Shown here one piece after another: positions 16,980 through 25,937 of a DNA stretch of 64,000 bases. Within the stretch, counting starts at the first letter, position 1, and every line of letters starts with the position of its first letter. The notes beneath the pieces are model-generated. The model saw nothing but the letters and a program-made list of their open reading frames with translations. It was not told where the DNA came from and searched no databases. Both the position numbers and the translations under genes were made by a program. The stretch is from Candidatus Omnitrophota bacterium (lineage in GTDB: Bacteria; Omnitrophota; Gorgyraeia; Gygaellales; Gygaellaceae): the NCBI GenBank assembly GCA_018400015.1, contig JAGYNB010000002.1, positions 116,555 to 180,554 of the forward strand, written 5' to 3'.

Positions 16980-19691
16980 TCAGCGAATAGCAATATCGAT
17001 TTTAATATCCGTAGGCGCACCTTTTAAGGCAGCTTTATTAATGAATAGTCTTTCTTTTGTTTTTGTTAAATTTATTTCTGGTTTTGATATTACGCTTATA
17101 ATTTCATTTTTGAATTTATCTGTAGATTTATCGTTATAACTTAGTTTAATTTTTTTATTAAGAAAGTTGAAATCCACGCTAATCAGATTATTTAAGAATA
17201 TCTTCTTGCAAAGCTTTGGTTTGATTTCTAGACTGCCAAAATTTCCTTTTATGCCGAATATCTCGGTTAATAAAACAAAAATAAACCAGCTCGCCGATCC
17301 GGTTAGATAGCTGTATAAGGCTTTTTTCTCTAGATTAAAGTATTCAGGCAAATTAGGGAATATCTTACTTGTTTTATAGTCTGTACTTAATACGTATAGA
17401 CCATGCAGAATTCCCCATGCTTTTTCATTGAAGGAATTTTTTAATAAAGCATATGCGAATATTACGTTCATATGGCTGAATATAGAACCGTTTTCTTTTT
17501 CTCCGTAAGAGAAAGAAAATGCCCTGCCCAAGTCTATTTGCGGATAAATAAAATCCGTGTTTAGTTTATAAGTGCCTGTTTTGTTATGATGGAGGTATTT
17601 ATCTATAGTTTTAATTACTTTTAATGATTCCTGTCTGCTGGCTAAACCAGTCAAAAGAGGGAAAACCTGTGATTCCAATATTATGTTTATTTTTGAGCCT
17701 TTTTTTCCTTCAACCCGTTTGGATTTATTATCGTAGTATCCGTTGAAGATAGATACATTGTTGTTAATTTTCAATAATTCGTTATTCTTTATATGCTTTT
17801 TTATCCAGGAGGATTTTCTTATTATATCGTTTATGATTTGTTCAATTGTGATATCAATTTTTGTTCCGGAAACCCTTTCTCGGGTTGCCCAGAGATATTT
17901 ATCCAGCAGAATATTCTTTTCATGGACACTGGCATAATTTATTGGTTTGGTTATCGTATCAAGCAGTACTATGATTTCTTTTGTCAGTTTTATGGTTTTT
18001 ATTTTCTTTGATGTATTGATATATTTCAGCAAATTTGCGATTTTCTCAAGATTATATGCATAAAAGCTTGAAAATGTAACGCTTTCGCCTTTTTCTGGGG
18101 CCATATCCAGTCCATCATTCCAATCGGCATCTTCAAGTTTGATGTTATTGTGTTTTCCGACATTAAAAAATTGGACTAAATGCTGCAGTAGGATATGCTC
18201 TAAAAGAGTTGCTTTATGTACCGAATTTTTATTGTTGAGAAGTTTTTTCTTAATATTTGGATTAGGGTTTATTAGCTTTGCTCTTTTTGATATGCCATCG
18301 TTTAAATAGGATATTTGGGAGAAAAGTATTTCTGTATCGTCTGTGTAATTCAGATAAAGCAGAAGAGTAAAAAACGGCCAAACTCCATGATCCATCCAGA
18401 CTCTTGGAATAGAATTACGGTCGCTGATGAAGGTTGTATTATCTTCAGCGATTATGGTTGCATTGGTTCCATCAATTCTTATCCCGCTAAGACTATTCGT
18501 AATAAATTTACGCAGATTATTTTTTTTGCCGGAATCATTGATAATTAACGTTAGATAGTCTTGCCATATGTCACGCCAGCCTCTATTGCCTTTGCCATAG
18601 TCAAAATGCGGCAGGAAGGAACAGCCGAAAATTTTTCTTAATACCGGCTGAATATTCACCCATTTTAGCCAGTTATTTATATTTTTTTCTCCCAGATCGA
18701 ATTTGATGTTGGAAAGATTTCTCCAGTATTTCTTATTTTTTTCTAATGCAGAATTTACTTTATTTAAGTTATTATATTTTTTGGCGATTTTGCTTAAAGA
18801 GGGATTTTTTTCGTTTATACCCAGCAGGAGTATATATGTTTTGTTTTGAAGAGGGGGAATGGTTGTTGTTTGAAATCTTAATGAGCCAATAATTTCTTTG
18901 CCGTGAATATTATTTACCTTGGGTATGAAATTATCAAGAACTGCTTCGGGCGCTTCTAGATCTCCATTTTTTCCAATAAAGCTTTCAAGGTCACAAATTA
19001 TATGTTTTGGGTTATTCCCGTTTGCATCAAAGCCAAAGCAAAAATAAGAAGTTTTATTTATACTATGGCCCCTTTCGTTAAATACCATGGTTGGTTTCAG
19101 CACTACACCGGATTTTTTCAGATAGGCGCGATTTAATAAGCTGGTTACGTGTCTGTGGTCGCGGATATTCTCTGCGCTTTTGCCATATAGAGGAATTGCG
19201 CTGGTTGCGGTTATAGTCATTTTCTTTTTTGTGATATTTGTAAGTTTAACCAGCATTATCTCAAGAGTTTCATTCCCGGCAGGAACAAAGTTGGTGATTT
19301 CCGACTGGAGACCAATTTTTTTGTTTACGATTTTGATTTTGTGCCATAAAAGTCCTGCTTCTAAAGTTTTTTTATCGAATTTTTTATCAGGCAGACTGGA
19401 AACGCCGCTAGCTGACCAGGATATTTTTCTGTTATTTATATGTATCCAGAAATTCCGGCTGAATTTAGTGTTTTTTATGTCTGGTATTGTAATCGGAGGC
19501 AGGAGGAATTTGTCGTTAGAGATTTTTATGTCGCCTTTTAGCTGGGCAGTTATAGAACTTTTTATGCCTTTTTGGTTTGCAAGAGGAAAATATGTTTCTT
19601 GAAAATTGGAAAGGTCAACGCAGCTAAATGTACCATTGTTATTGATAAATTTGCATAACTTATTGTTCATTGGGTATTTAGTATAAATCAA
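16980..19691 (-). CDS. large GH94-like glycoside phosphorylase (six-hairpin (alpha/alpha)6 catalytic domain; cellobiose/cellodextrin/beta-glucan phosphorylase family)
   Basis: 903 aa. ...NRGWRDIWQD... and ...EDADWNDGLDM... resemble the conserved Arg-Asp and catalytic DWND motifs of GH94 phosphorylases. It is visibly Asn/Lys/Ile-rich (A+T-rich coding) and is the only long opposite-strand gene in this 30-kb stretch. Confidence 0.5.
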   Translation of the reverse strand: MIYTKYPMNNKLCKFINNNGTFSCVDLSNFQETYFPLANQKGIKSSITAQLKGDIKISNDKFLLPPITIPDIKNTKFSRNFWIHINNRKISWSASGVSSLPDKKFDKKTLEAGLLWHKIKIVNKKIGLQSEITNFVPAGNETLEIMLVKLTNITKKKMTITATSAIPLYGKSAENIRDHRHVTSLLNRAYLKKSGVVLKPTMVFNERGHSINKTSYFCFGFDANGNNPKHIICDLESFIGKNGDLEAPEAVLDNFIPKVNNIHGKEIIGSLRFQTTTIPPLQNKTYILLLGINEKNPSLSKIAKKYNNLNKVNSALEKNKKYWRNLSNIKFDLGEKNINNWLKWVNIQPVLRKIFGCSFLPHFDYGKGNRGWRDIWQDYLTLIINDSGKKNNLRKFITNSLSGIRIDGTNATIIAEDNTTFISDRNSIPRVWMDHGVWPFFTLLLYLNYTDDTEILFSQISYLNDGISKRAKLINPNPNIKKKLLNNKNSVHKATLLEHILLQHLVQFFNVGKHNNIKLEDADWNDGLDMAPEKGESVTFSSFYAYNLEKIANLLKYINTSKKIKTIKLTKEIIVLLDTITKPINYASVHEKNILLDKYLWATRERVSGTKIDITIEQIINDIIRKSSWIKKHIKNNELLKINNNVSIFNGYYDNKSKRVEGKKGSKINIILESQVFPLLTGLASRQESLKVIKTIDKYLHHNKTGTYKLNTDFIYPQIDLGRAFSFSYGEKENGSIFSHMNVIFAYALLKNSFNEKAWGILHGLYVLSTDYKTSKIFPNLPEYFNLEKKALYSYLTGSASWFIFVLLTEIFGIKGNFGSLEIKPKLCKKIFLNNLISVDFNFLNKKIKLSYNDKSTDKFKNEIISVISKPEINLTKTKERLFINKAALKGAPTDIKIDIAIR

Positions 19692-19792
19692 TTATATAAG
19701 CTTGGCAAGGTTTAATTTATCGCTTTTTTGAAAATTATTTTGTGTTAGTAGAATAAAGAAGTATAATAGCTAGTTAAAGGAGGTACCTGGTT

Positions 19793-20500
19793 ATGATTGA
19801 TTTAATGGCTTTGTTGTTGGTAAGCTTTTATGCGATTATGGGCATCAAAAAGGGTTTTTTAAGGCTTTTTGTTGAATTGGTTGGTTTAAGCGTAGCGCTT
19901 ACAGTATGTTATTTTTTTTATAAGTCCGGTCATAATCCTTTGAAGACATTTTTCTTGCTGGTAGTTTTAAGTATAGTTTTACCTCTTATTGCTCGTTTTC
20001 TATTGGTAGGTTTTAAGCGGAAAAAGGAACAGCATCATTCATCTTTGAGCGTTTTTTCAGGTAGCATTTTAGGTATTGCCTGGGCAGTCGTGGTGATTTT
20101 TCTATTCTTTTTTATAGTTGATATCGTGCCTAGAAGTTTGCCTTATGCCGAGGAGGTACATTATTTAATCGAAGACTCAAGGTCTTATAAGATTTATCTT
20201 GATAATTCTCCGCTGGAGGGCAATACCCTGCTTAAGAAAATTAGATACGCAGGGCAGTTAATGGCGGATAAGGAGTTGATCAGTGTTCTTAAAGACGCAG
20301 ATGAATTAAAGGCTGTTTTTAATAATAAAAAAGTCCAGGCAATTGCTAACGATAAGGAGCTGACACAGGCGATAGAGAAAAAAGATATCGTTAAGATTTT
20401 GTCTAGTCCTAAAATTATCGATTTTTTGCAGGATGGTTATCTGATGGAGCGTTTTATGGAGGTTGATTTAGAGGATATAATTAATGAACGATCTCAATGA
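19793..20500 (+). CDS. cvpA: CvpA family membrane protein
   Basis: 235 aa. Four N-terminal TM helices (MIDLMALLLVSFYAIMGIKKGFLRLFVELVGL...) and a soluble C-terminal domain. Its stop overlaps the start of the helicase-nuclease. Confidence 0.6.
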   Translation: MIDLMALLLVSFYAIMGIKKGFLRLFVELVGLSVALTVCYFFYKSGHNPLKTFFLLVVLSIVLPLIARFLLVGFKRKKEQHHSSLSVFSGSILGIAWAVVVIFLFFFIVDIVPRSLPYAEEVHYLIEDSRSYKIYLDNSPLEGNTLLKKIRYAGQLMADKELISVLKDADELKAVFNNKKVQAIANDKELTQAIEKKDIVKILSSPKIIDFLQDGYLMERFMEVDLEDIINERSQ

Positions 20501-23406
20501 GCGGTAATTTAAATAAATATAATAAACAACAGCTTCAGGCAATTACCCATAAAGATGGCCCTTGTTTGATTATTGCTGGTGCTGGCACAGGTAAGACAAC
20601 TGTTATTACCGAAAGGATTGCCTGGCTTATTTCAGAGGGTTTAGCTAAAACAGATGAGATTTTAGCCCTTACTTTTACCGATAAGGCTGCTTTGCAGATG
20701 CTTGAGCGTGTTGATGTATTAGTTCCCTATGGTTATGTAGATATTTGGATTTCTACGTTTCATGCGTTTGGGGATAGAGTTTTGAGGGATAATGCGTTAG
20801 CGGGAGGATTTAATCCTGATTTTAAGGTAATGACTAGGGCTGAAAGCGCAGTTTTCTTCAGAGAACATCTATCGGAATTTGACCTTAAATATTTCAAGCC
20901 GTTGGCAGACCCCACGCGTTTTATCGATGCTTTGATTTCTTTTTTCTCAAGGGCCAAAGATGAGGATATCTCTACACAGGATTATTTTGATTTTGTAAAA
21001 CTTTTGACTGTTAGGCTGGAGTCTTCGCCTTATGACGAGGCTTTAAAAGAGGAGTTACTTTTGCATTCCGAGCTTTCTAAAGCGTATGCAAAATATCAAG
21101 AGCTTATTAAAGATAATGGTGTTATTGATTTTGGCAATCAGTTTTATATGGCTCTTAATCTTTTTAGGGAGCACCCGCGGGTTTTAAAAAAATACCAGGA
21201 TCAATTTAAATATATTTTAGTAGATGAGTTTCAGGATACTAATTTTGCGCAGTTTCAGATAGTTAAGCTTCTTTCGGGTGAGAAGAAAAATATAGTCGTT
21301 GTTGCCGATGACGATCAGTGCATATACCGATGGAGAGGAGCTGCATACAGTAATGTTTTGAATTTTATCGATGTTTTTCCCAAAACAAAAAAGATTAGCC
21401 TGATTAAAAATTATCGTTCCAATCAGAAGATATTGGATACCGCTTATAGACTAATTCAATTTAACAATCCCGAACGGTTTGAAGTAAAAAGCGGCATAGA
21501 CAAAAAACTTGTAGCTTTTACTGAAGGAGGAAGCGCGCCGAATTACCGTCATTTTGATTCAGTTAATGAGGAGGCAGATTGGATTGCCGACAATATTAAA
21601 GAAAAAGTCGCATTAAAAGAATTTAAATATGGTGATTTTGCAATTCTTGTTAGGTCAAATTCTGATGCCCAGCCATTTTTGCAGGCATTGAACATGTTAG
21701 GCATACCTTGGCAATTTAGCGGCGCACAGGGTTTATACGGAAGAAATGAAATAAAGCTTTGTTTGCATTTTTTAAGGGCTGTGGCCAATCCTTTTCAGTC
21801 GTTGAGTCTATTTTATCTTGCCAGCAGTCATATATATAATCTTAAAATAGTTGATTTAACCCGTTGCATGCATTATTCCAAAAGAAGCAACAGGGCTCTT
21901 TATGAAATATTCAAACATATTGATTCTATATCTGAGCTTAAGGATTTAAGTTCGGAATTTATGGATAAGGTCACGAGTTTTATCAATGAATTGGACACGT
22001 TTATTAGTTTATCACGTGATGAATCTGTTGGCAGGCTTTTGTATTCGTTCTTAACGAACAGCGGATGGCTGAAGAGACTTACCAGCGATATTAATTCGCA
22101 GAATGAAGAGATTATTCAGAATATCGCTAAATTCTTTAATATCGTACGTAATTTTGAGCTTGTTGCTAAAGAATCTCGTGTGTTGAATTTTGTAAGTTAT
22201 ATAGATTTATTGATAGAATCCGGAGACGATCCGAAGACTGCCCAGACAGATATTAATGATGATTTGGTTAATGTTTTGACAATTCATAAGGCGAAAGGTT
22301 TGGAATTTCGGGTAGTTTTTTTAGTTAGTTTGGTTAATGGTAAATTCCCCGTCCGCCACAGGAAAGAGTCAATCGAATTACCTTTTGAGCTTGTAAAAGA
22401 AGTTTTGCCTAAGGGAGATTTTCATCTTCAGGAGGAGAGAAGATTGTTTTATGTTGGGCTTACTCGTGCAAAAGAGTATTTGTATTTAACTTCTGCCGAT
22501 GATTACGGCGGTAAGCAGTCCAGGCGCTTAAGTCAGTTTGTTATCGAGGCTTTGGGTTCTGTCGATATATCAAAAGATAAGAAGACGCGAAGTTCGATTG
22601 AAGCTATAAATCGATTTGCAAGTTTTGAGCAAAAGCCCCAAAGCGTTAATAAAAAAATCAAAAAGGAGAGTTTGCTCGCTTTAAGTTTTTATCAGATAGA
22701 TGATTATCTTACCTGTCCATTAAAATATAAGTATATCCATGTTTTGAGAGTTCCAATTTTAGAACATCATACGGTTATATACGGAAGGGCAATGCACAAT
22801 GCAGTTACAGCATACTTTCAACGTAAAGCTTCAGGAAGAAAAATGACCCAGGAAGAGCTTATTGATTTCTTTGTCCAAAGTTTTGAAGCAAAAGGTTTTT
22901 TAGATCAAAAACATCAGATTCAGCGTTTTGAGATCGGCAAGAAAGCCTTGTTTGATTTCTTTATAAGAGAAGAAAGATTAAACAAAACACCTCTTTTTAT
23001 AGAAAAAGATTTTTCTTTTGTATACGAGAACAATAAAATTATAGGCCGTTTCGACAGGGTAGATAAAGAAGCGGATGGTATTATAATTATGGATTATAAA
23101 ACCTCAGAGTTGAAAAAACAAAAGGATGTAGATAAGCGTACTAAGGAGAGCATGCAGCTTGTGTTATATTCTATGGCCTACGATAAGATATTTGGTATAA
23201 AGCCGGTTAGGGTGCAGCTTTATTTTCTAGAGTCGGGTCTAATCGGAACGCATATCGTAACAGAAAAAGATATTGAAAGATTAAAAAATAAAATAAATCA
23301 AGTTTCTCAGGGTATAAGAAACGCATTCTTCAAAGCTCAGCCAGGGTTTATGGCCTGTAATTATTGCGCTTACAATTCTATTTGTGGCGATTCAGCAAAG
23401 AAGTGA
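20497..23406 (+). CDS. UvrD/PcrA-like SF1 helicase fused to a C-terminal RecB/Cas4/AddB-type PD-(D/E)XK nuclease with an Fe-S cysteine cluster
   Basis: 969 aa. Walker A GAGTGKT, motif II VDEFQDTN, ...HKAKGLEF... and ...YVGLTRAKE... helicase motifs. C-terminal ~250 aa has ...LTCPLKYKY... (first Cys), ...GRFDRVD..., ...IIIMDYKTS... (D-x-K), ...QLVLYS... and a terminal ...MACNYCAYNSICGD (CxxCx5C). Confidence 0.8.
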   Translation: MSGNLNKYNKQQLQAITHKDGPCLIIAGAGTGKTTVITERIAWLISEGLAKTDEILALTFTDKAALQMLERVDVLVPYGYVDIWISTFHAFGDRVLRDNALAGGFNPDFKVMTRAESAVFFREHLSEFDLKYFKPLADPTRFIDALISFFSRAKDEDISTQDYFDFVKLLTVRLESSPYDEALKEELLLHSELSKAYAKYQELIKDNGVIDFGNQFYMALNLFREHPRVLKKYQDQFKYILVDEFQDTNFAQFQIVKLLSGEKKNIVVVADDDQCIYRWRGAAYSNVLNFIDVFPKTKKISLIKNYRSNQKILDTAYRLIQFNNPERFEVKSGIDKKLVAFTEGGSAPNYRHFDSVNEEADWIADNIKEKVALKEFKYGDFAILVRSNSDAQPFLQALNMLGIPWQFSGAQGLYGRNEIKLCLHFLRAVANPFQSLSLFYLASSHIYNLKIVDLTRCMHYSKRSNRALYEIFKHIDSISELKDLSSEFMDKVTSFINELDTFISLSRDESVGRLLYSFLTNSGWLKRLTSDINSQNEEIIQNIAKFFNIVRNFELVAKESRVLNFVSYIDLLIESGDDPKTAQTDINDDLVNVLTIHKAKGLEFRVVFLVSLVNGKFPVRHRKESIELPFELVKEVLPKGDFHLQEERRLFYVGLTRAKEYLYLTSADDYGGKQSRRLSQFVIEALGSVDISKDKKTRSSIEAINRFASFEQKPQSVNKKIKKESLLALSFYQIDDYLTCPLKYKYIHVLRVPILEHHTVIYGRAMHNAVTAYFQRKASGRKMTQEELIDFFVQSFEAKGFLDQKHQIQRFEIGKKALFDFFIREERLNKTPLFIEKDFSFVYENNKIIGRFDRVDKEADGIIIMDYKTSELKKQKDVDKRTKESMQLVLYSMAYDKIFGIKPVRVQLYFLESGLIGTHIVTEKDIERLKNKINQVSQGIRNAFFKAQPGFMACNYCAYNSICGDSAKK

Positions 23407-23531
23407 TAATGAAGTATAAGGATTATGTTTTAGCTAATTCTGCGTTCTTTATTATTAGCTGTTGGTATAACCGTTTGATAAGCTTAATCTTTTGACTTTT
23501 TTTTGATATATAAATCCCGTTGAACAAAAAC

Positions 23532-23560
23532 TTGACTTGATTTAATAATGATAGTATACT
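23532..23560 (+). promoter_or_regulatory. near-consensus sigma70 promoter for rpsO-pnp (TTGACT-17-TATACT)
   Basis: TTGACT at 23532-23537, 17-nt spacer, TATACT at 23555-23560. The RBS AAGGAGGA is at 23573-23580. Confidence 0.6.
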
Positions 23561-23588
23561 ATCAACGCAATTAAGGAGGATAAAGCTA

Positions 23589-23855
23589 GTGATTTCAAAA
23601 GACAAAAAACAACAACTGATTAACGATTTTAAAACACATACCAGAGATACTGGTTCTGCAGAGGTTCAGATAGCAATTCTGACCGAAAGAATCAATTCTT
23701 TAAGTGAGCATTTTAAAGAGCACAAAAAAGATCACCATTCTCGTCGTGGGCTCTTGACAATGGTTGGCAAGCGCCGACGTCTACTCGATTATCTTAAAAA
23801 AATCGACCTTAAGAAATATCAGGATCTCATCCAAAAACTAAATCTCAGAAAGTAG
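23589..23855 (+). CDS. rpsO: 30S ribosomal protein S15 (non-ATG start)
   Basis: 88 aa. ...[36 protein letters not shown]... matches S15. Confidence 0.9.
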   Translation: MISKDKKQQLINDFKTHTRDTGSAEVQIAILTERINSLSEHFKEHKKDHHSRRGLLTMVGKRRRLLDYLKKIDLKKYQDLIQKLNLRK

Positions 23856-23861
23856 CTTTTA

Positions 23862-25937
23862 ATGAAACCTTTAGAATTTAAGTTAAATTTTGGTAATAAA
23901 GAATTAATTATTGAAACCGGCAAGATTGCCAAACAGGCAAATGGAGCCGTAACTGTAACTTGTGGTGGTACAGTTGTTTTGGTTACCGTATGTATGTCAA
24001 AAGAACCTAAAGAAGGTATAGATTTCTTTCCTTTGACAGTTGAATACCAGGAAAAGACTTACGCTGCAGGTAGAATTCCTGGAGGATTTTTCAAACGTGA
24101 GGGAAGGCCATCAGAAGGCGAAATTCTTACAGCCCGTCTTATAGATAGGCCCATAAGGCCTTTGTTTCCTAAAGGGTTTAGGAATGATGTGCAGATTATG
24201 GCAATAGTTCTATCAAGCGATGGACAGAATGACCCAGATGTCTTGGCGATTGTCGGCGCTTCAACTGCTTTAAGCATTTCTGAAATTCCTTTTAACGGTC
24301 CTTTGGGCGCTTGTCGCGTGTGCCTTATTGATGATAATTTTGTAATCAACCCAATTTATTCTGATAGAGAAAAGAGCCTGCTTGATTTGGTGGTTGTTGG
24401 AGCTGGCAATGGGCCGATTATGCTTGAATCACGCAGTAATGAGATTTCGGAAGAAAAGTATTTTGAGGCTATAAAATTTGGCTATGAAAAGCTTCAGGAA
24501 CTGATTAAGTTACAGGAGGATATTGTCAAACAATGCGGTAAGAAGAAGATAGAACCTAAATTGAAATCAATAGATGAAACCGTATTGAATAAAGTTAAGG
24601 AGCTTGCTTTAGATAGACTTCAGGGTATTATGCAGCTTCCTGATAAGGAGCAAAGGGAAGAGGCGCTGGATTCATTGAATAAAGATATACAAGAAAAGCT
24701 GCTTTCTGAAGAGGTAACAGTGCAGATGATTAAAGAAAGCGTGGTTGAGCTTGAGAAGCAAGAGGTAAGAAAGTATATCTTGAAAGATAAAAAAAGAATC
24801 GATGGTAGAAGCCAAAAAGACATAAGACCGATAAGCGGCGAAGTGGGATTATTGCCTAGAACGCACGGTTCTGGTTTGTTTACAAGAGGCCAGACACAGA
24901 GCCTTTCTGTTACTACTTTAGGAACTGGTGAGGATGAGCAGATGATAGAGGCTTTAGAAGGTGAAAGCTATAAGTCTTTTATGCTGCATTATAATTTTCC
25001 TCCTTTTAGCGTGGGTGAGACTAGACCGGTAAGAGGTCCTGGAAGGCGCGAAATTGGCCATGGAGCCTTAGCAGGTAAAGCATTAAAAGCGGTTATGCCT
25101 TCTAAAGAGCAGTTTCCCTATACGGTGCGTGTTGTCTCTGAGATTCTTGAGTCTAATGGATCTTCTAGTATGGCTACGGTTTGCGCAGCAACACTTTCTT
25201 TGATGGATGCGGGCGTACCCATAAAAGAACCGGTAGCAGGTATTGCCATTGGTTTAGTAAAAGAAGGCGATAATTACGTAATATTAAATGATATTAATGG
25301 TCTTGAAGATCATTTTGGCGATATGGATTTTAAAGTTGCCGGAACTAAAAACGGAATTACTACTTTACAGATGGATTTAAAAATCGGTGGACTTAAAATA
25401 GAACTTTTCGAAGAAGCTTTAGAAATAGCCAAGCAATCTAGAATATCGATTCTAGATAAAATAAAGGCAATAATTCCAGAGTCACGTAAGGAGTTGTCGG
25501 TTTTTGCTCCTAGAATAGTAAATCTAAAGGTAAGTCCGGATAAGATTGGAGAAGTAATTGGTCCCGGCGGTAAAACCATAAAGAAGATTATTGCTCAAAC
25601 CGGAGTTACTATTGATATTGAAGATGACGGAACGGTTTTAGTTGCCTCAAGTGAAGAATCAGCTATGAAAAAGGCGATTTCTATAATAGAATCACTCACT
25701 AAAGAGGTTCAGTCTGGCGAAGTCTATGATGCCGTGGTAAAGAAAGTTACAAATTTTGGTGCTTTTTGTGAGATACTGCCTGGAAAAGAAGGTCTTGTCC
25801 ATGTATCCGAATTGGCCGATCATTACGTCAAGGATGTTGCCAGCGAAGTGAAGGTGGGAGATAAGTTTAAAGTAAAGGTTATTGAGATAGACGATTTAGG
25901 CCGGATCAATCTAAGCAAGAAGCAAATAGAACAGTAA
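23862..25937 (+). CDS. pnp: polyribonucleotide nucleotidyltransferase (PNPase)
   Basis: 691 aa. Two RNase PH domains, KH (...GPGGKTIKKI...) and a C-terminal S1 domain. Canonical rpsO-pnp pair. Confidence 0.93.
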   Translation: MKPLEFKLNFGNKELIIETGKIAKQANGAVTVTCGGTVVLVTVCMSKEPKEGIDFFPLTVEYQEKTYAAGRIPGGFFKREGRPSEGEILTARLIDRPIRPLFPKGFRNDVQIMAIVLSSDGQNDPDVLAIVGASTALSISEIPFNGPLGACRVCLIDDNFVINPIYSDREKSLLDLVVVGAGNGPIMLESRSNEISEEKYFEAIKFGYEKLQELIKLQEDIVKQCGKKKIEPKLKSIDETVLNKVKELALDRLQGIMQLPDKEQREEALDSLNKDIQEKLLSEEVTVQMIKESVVELEKQEVRKYILKDKKRIDGRSQKDIRPISGEVGLLPRTHGSGLFTRGQTQSLSVTTLGTGEDEQMIEALEGESYKSFMLHYNFPPFSVGETRPVRGPGRREIGHGALAGKALKAVMPSKEQFPYTVRVVSEILESNGSSSMATVCAATLSLMDAGVPIKEPVAGIAIGLVKEGDNYVILNDINGLEDHFGDMDFKVAGTKNGITTLQMDLKIGGLKIELFEEALEIAKQSRISILDKIKAIIPESRKELSVFAPRIVNLKVSPDKIGEVIGPGGKTIKKIIAQTGVTIDIEDDGTVLVASSEESAMKKAISIIESLTKEVQSGEVYDAVVKKVTNFGAFCEILPGKEGLVHVSELADHYVKDVASEVKVGDKFKVKVIEIDDLGRINLSKKQIEQ

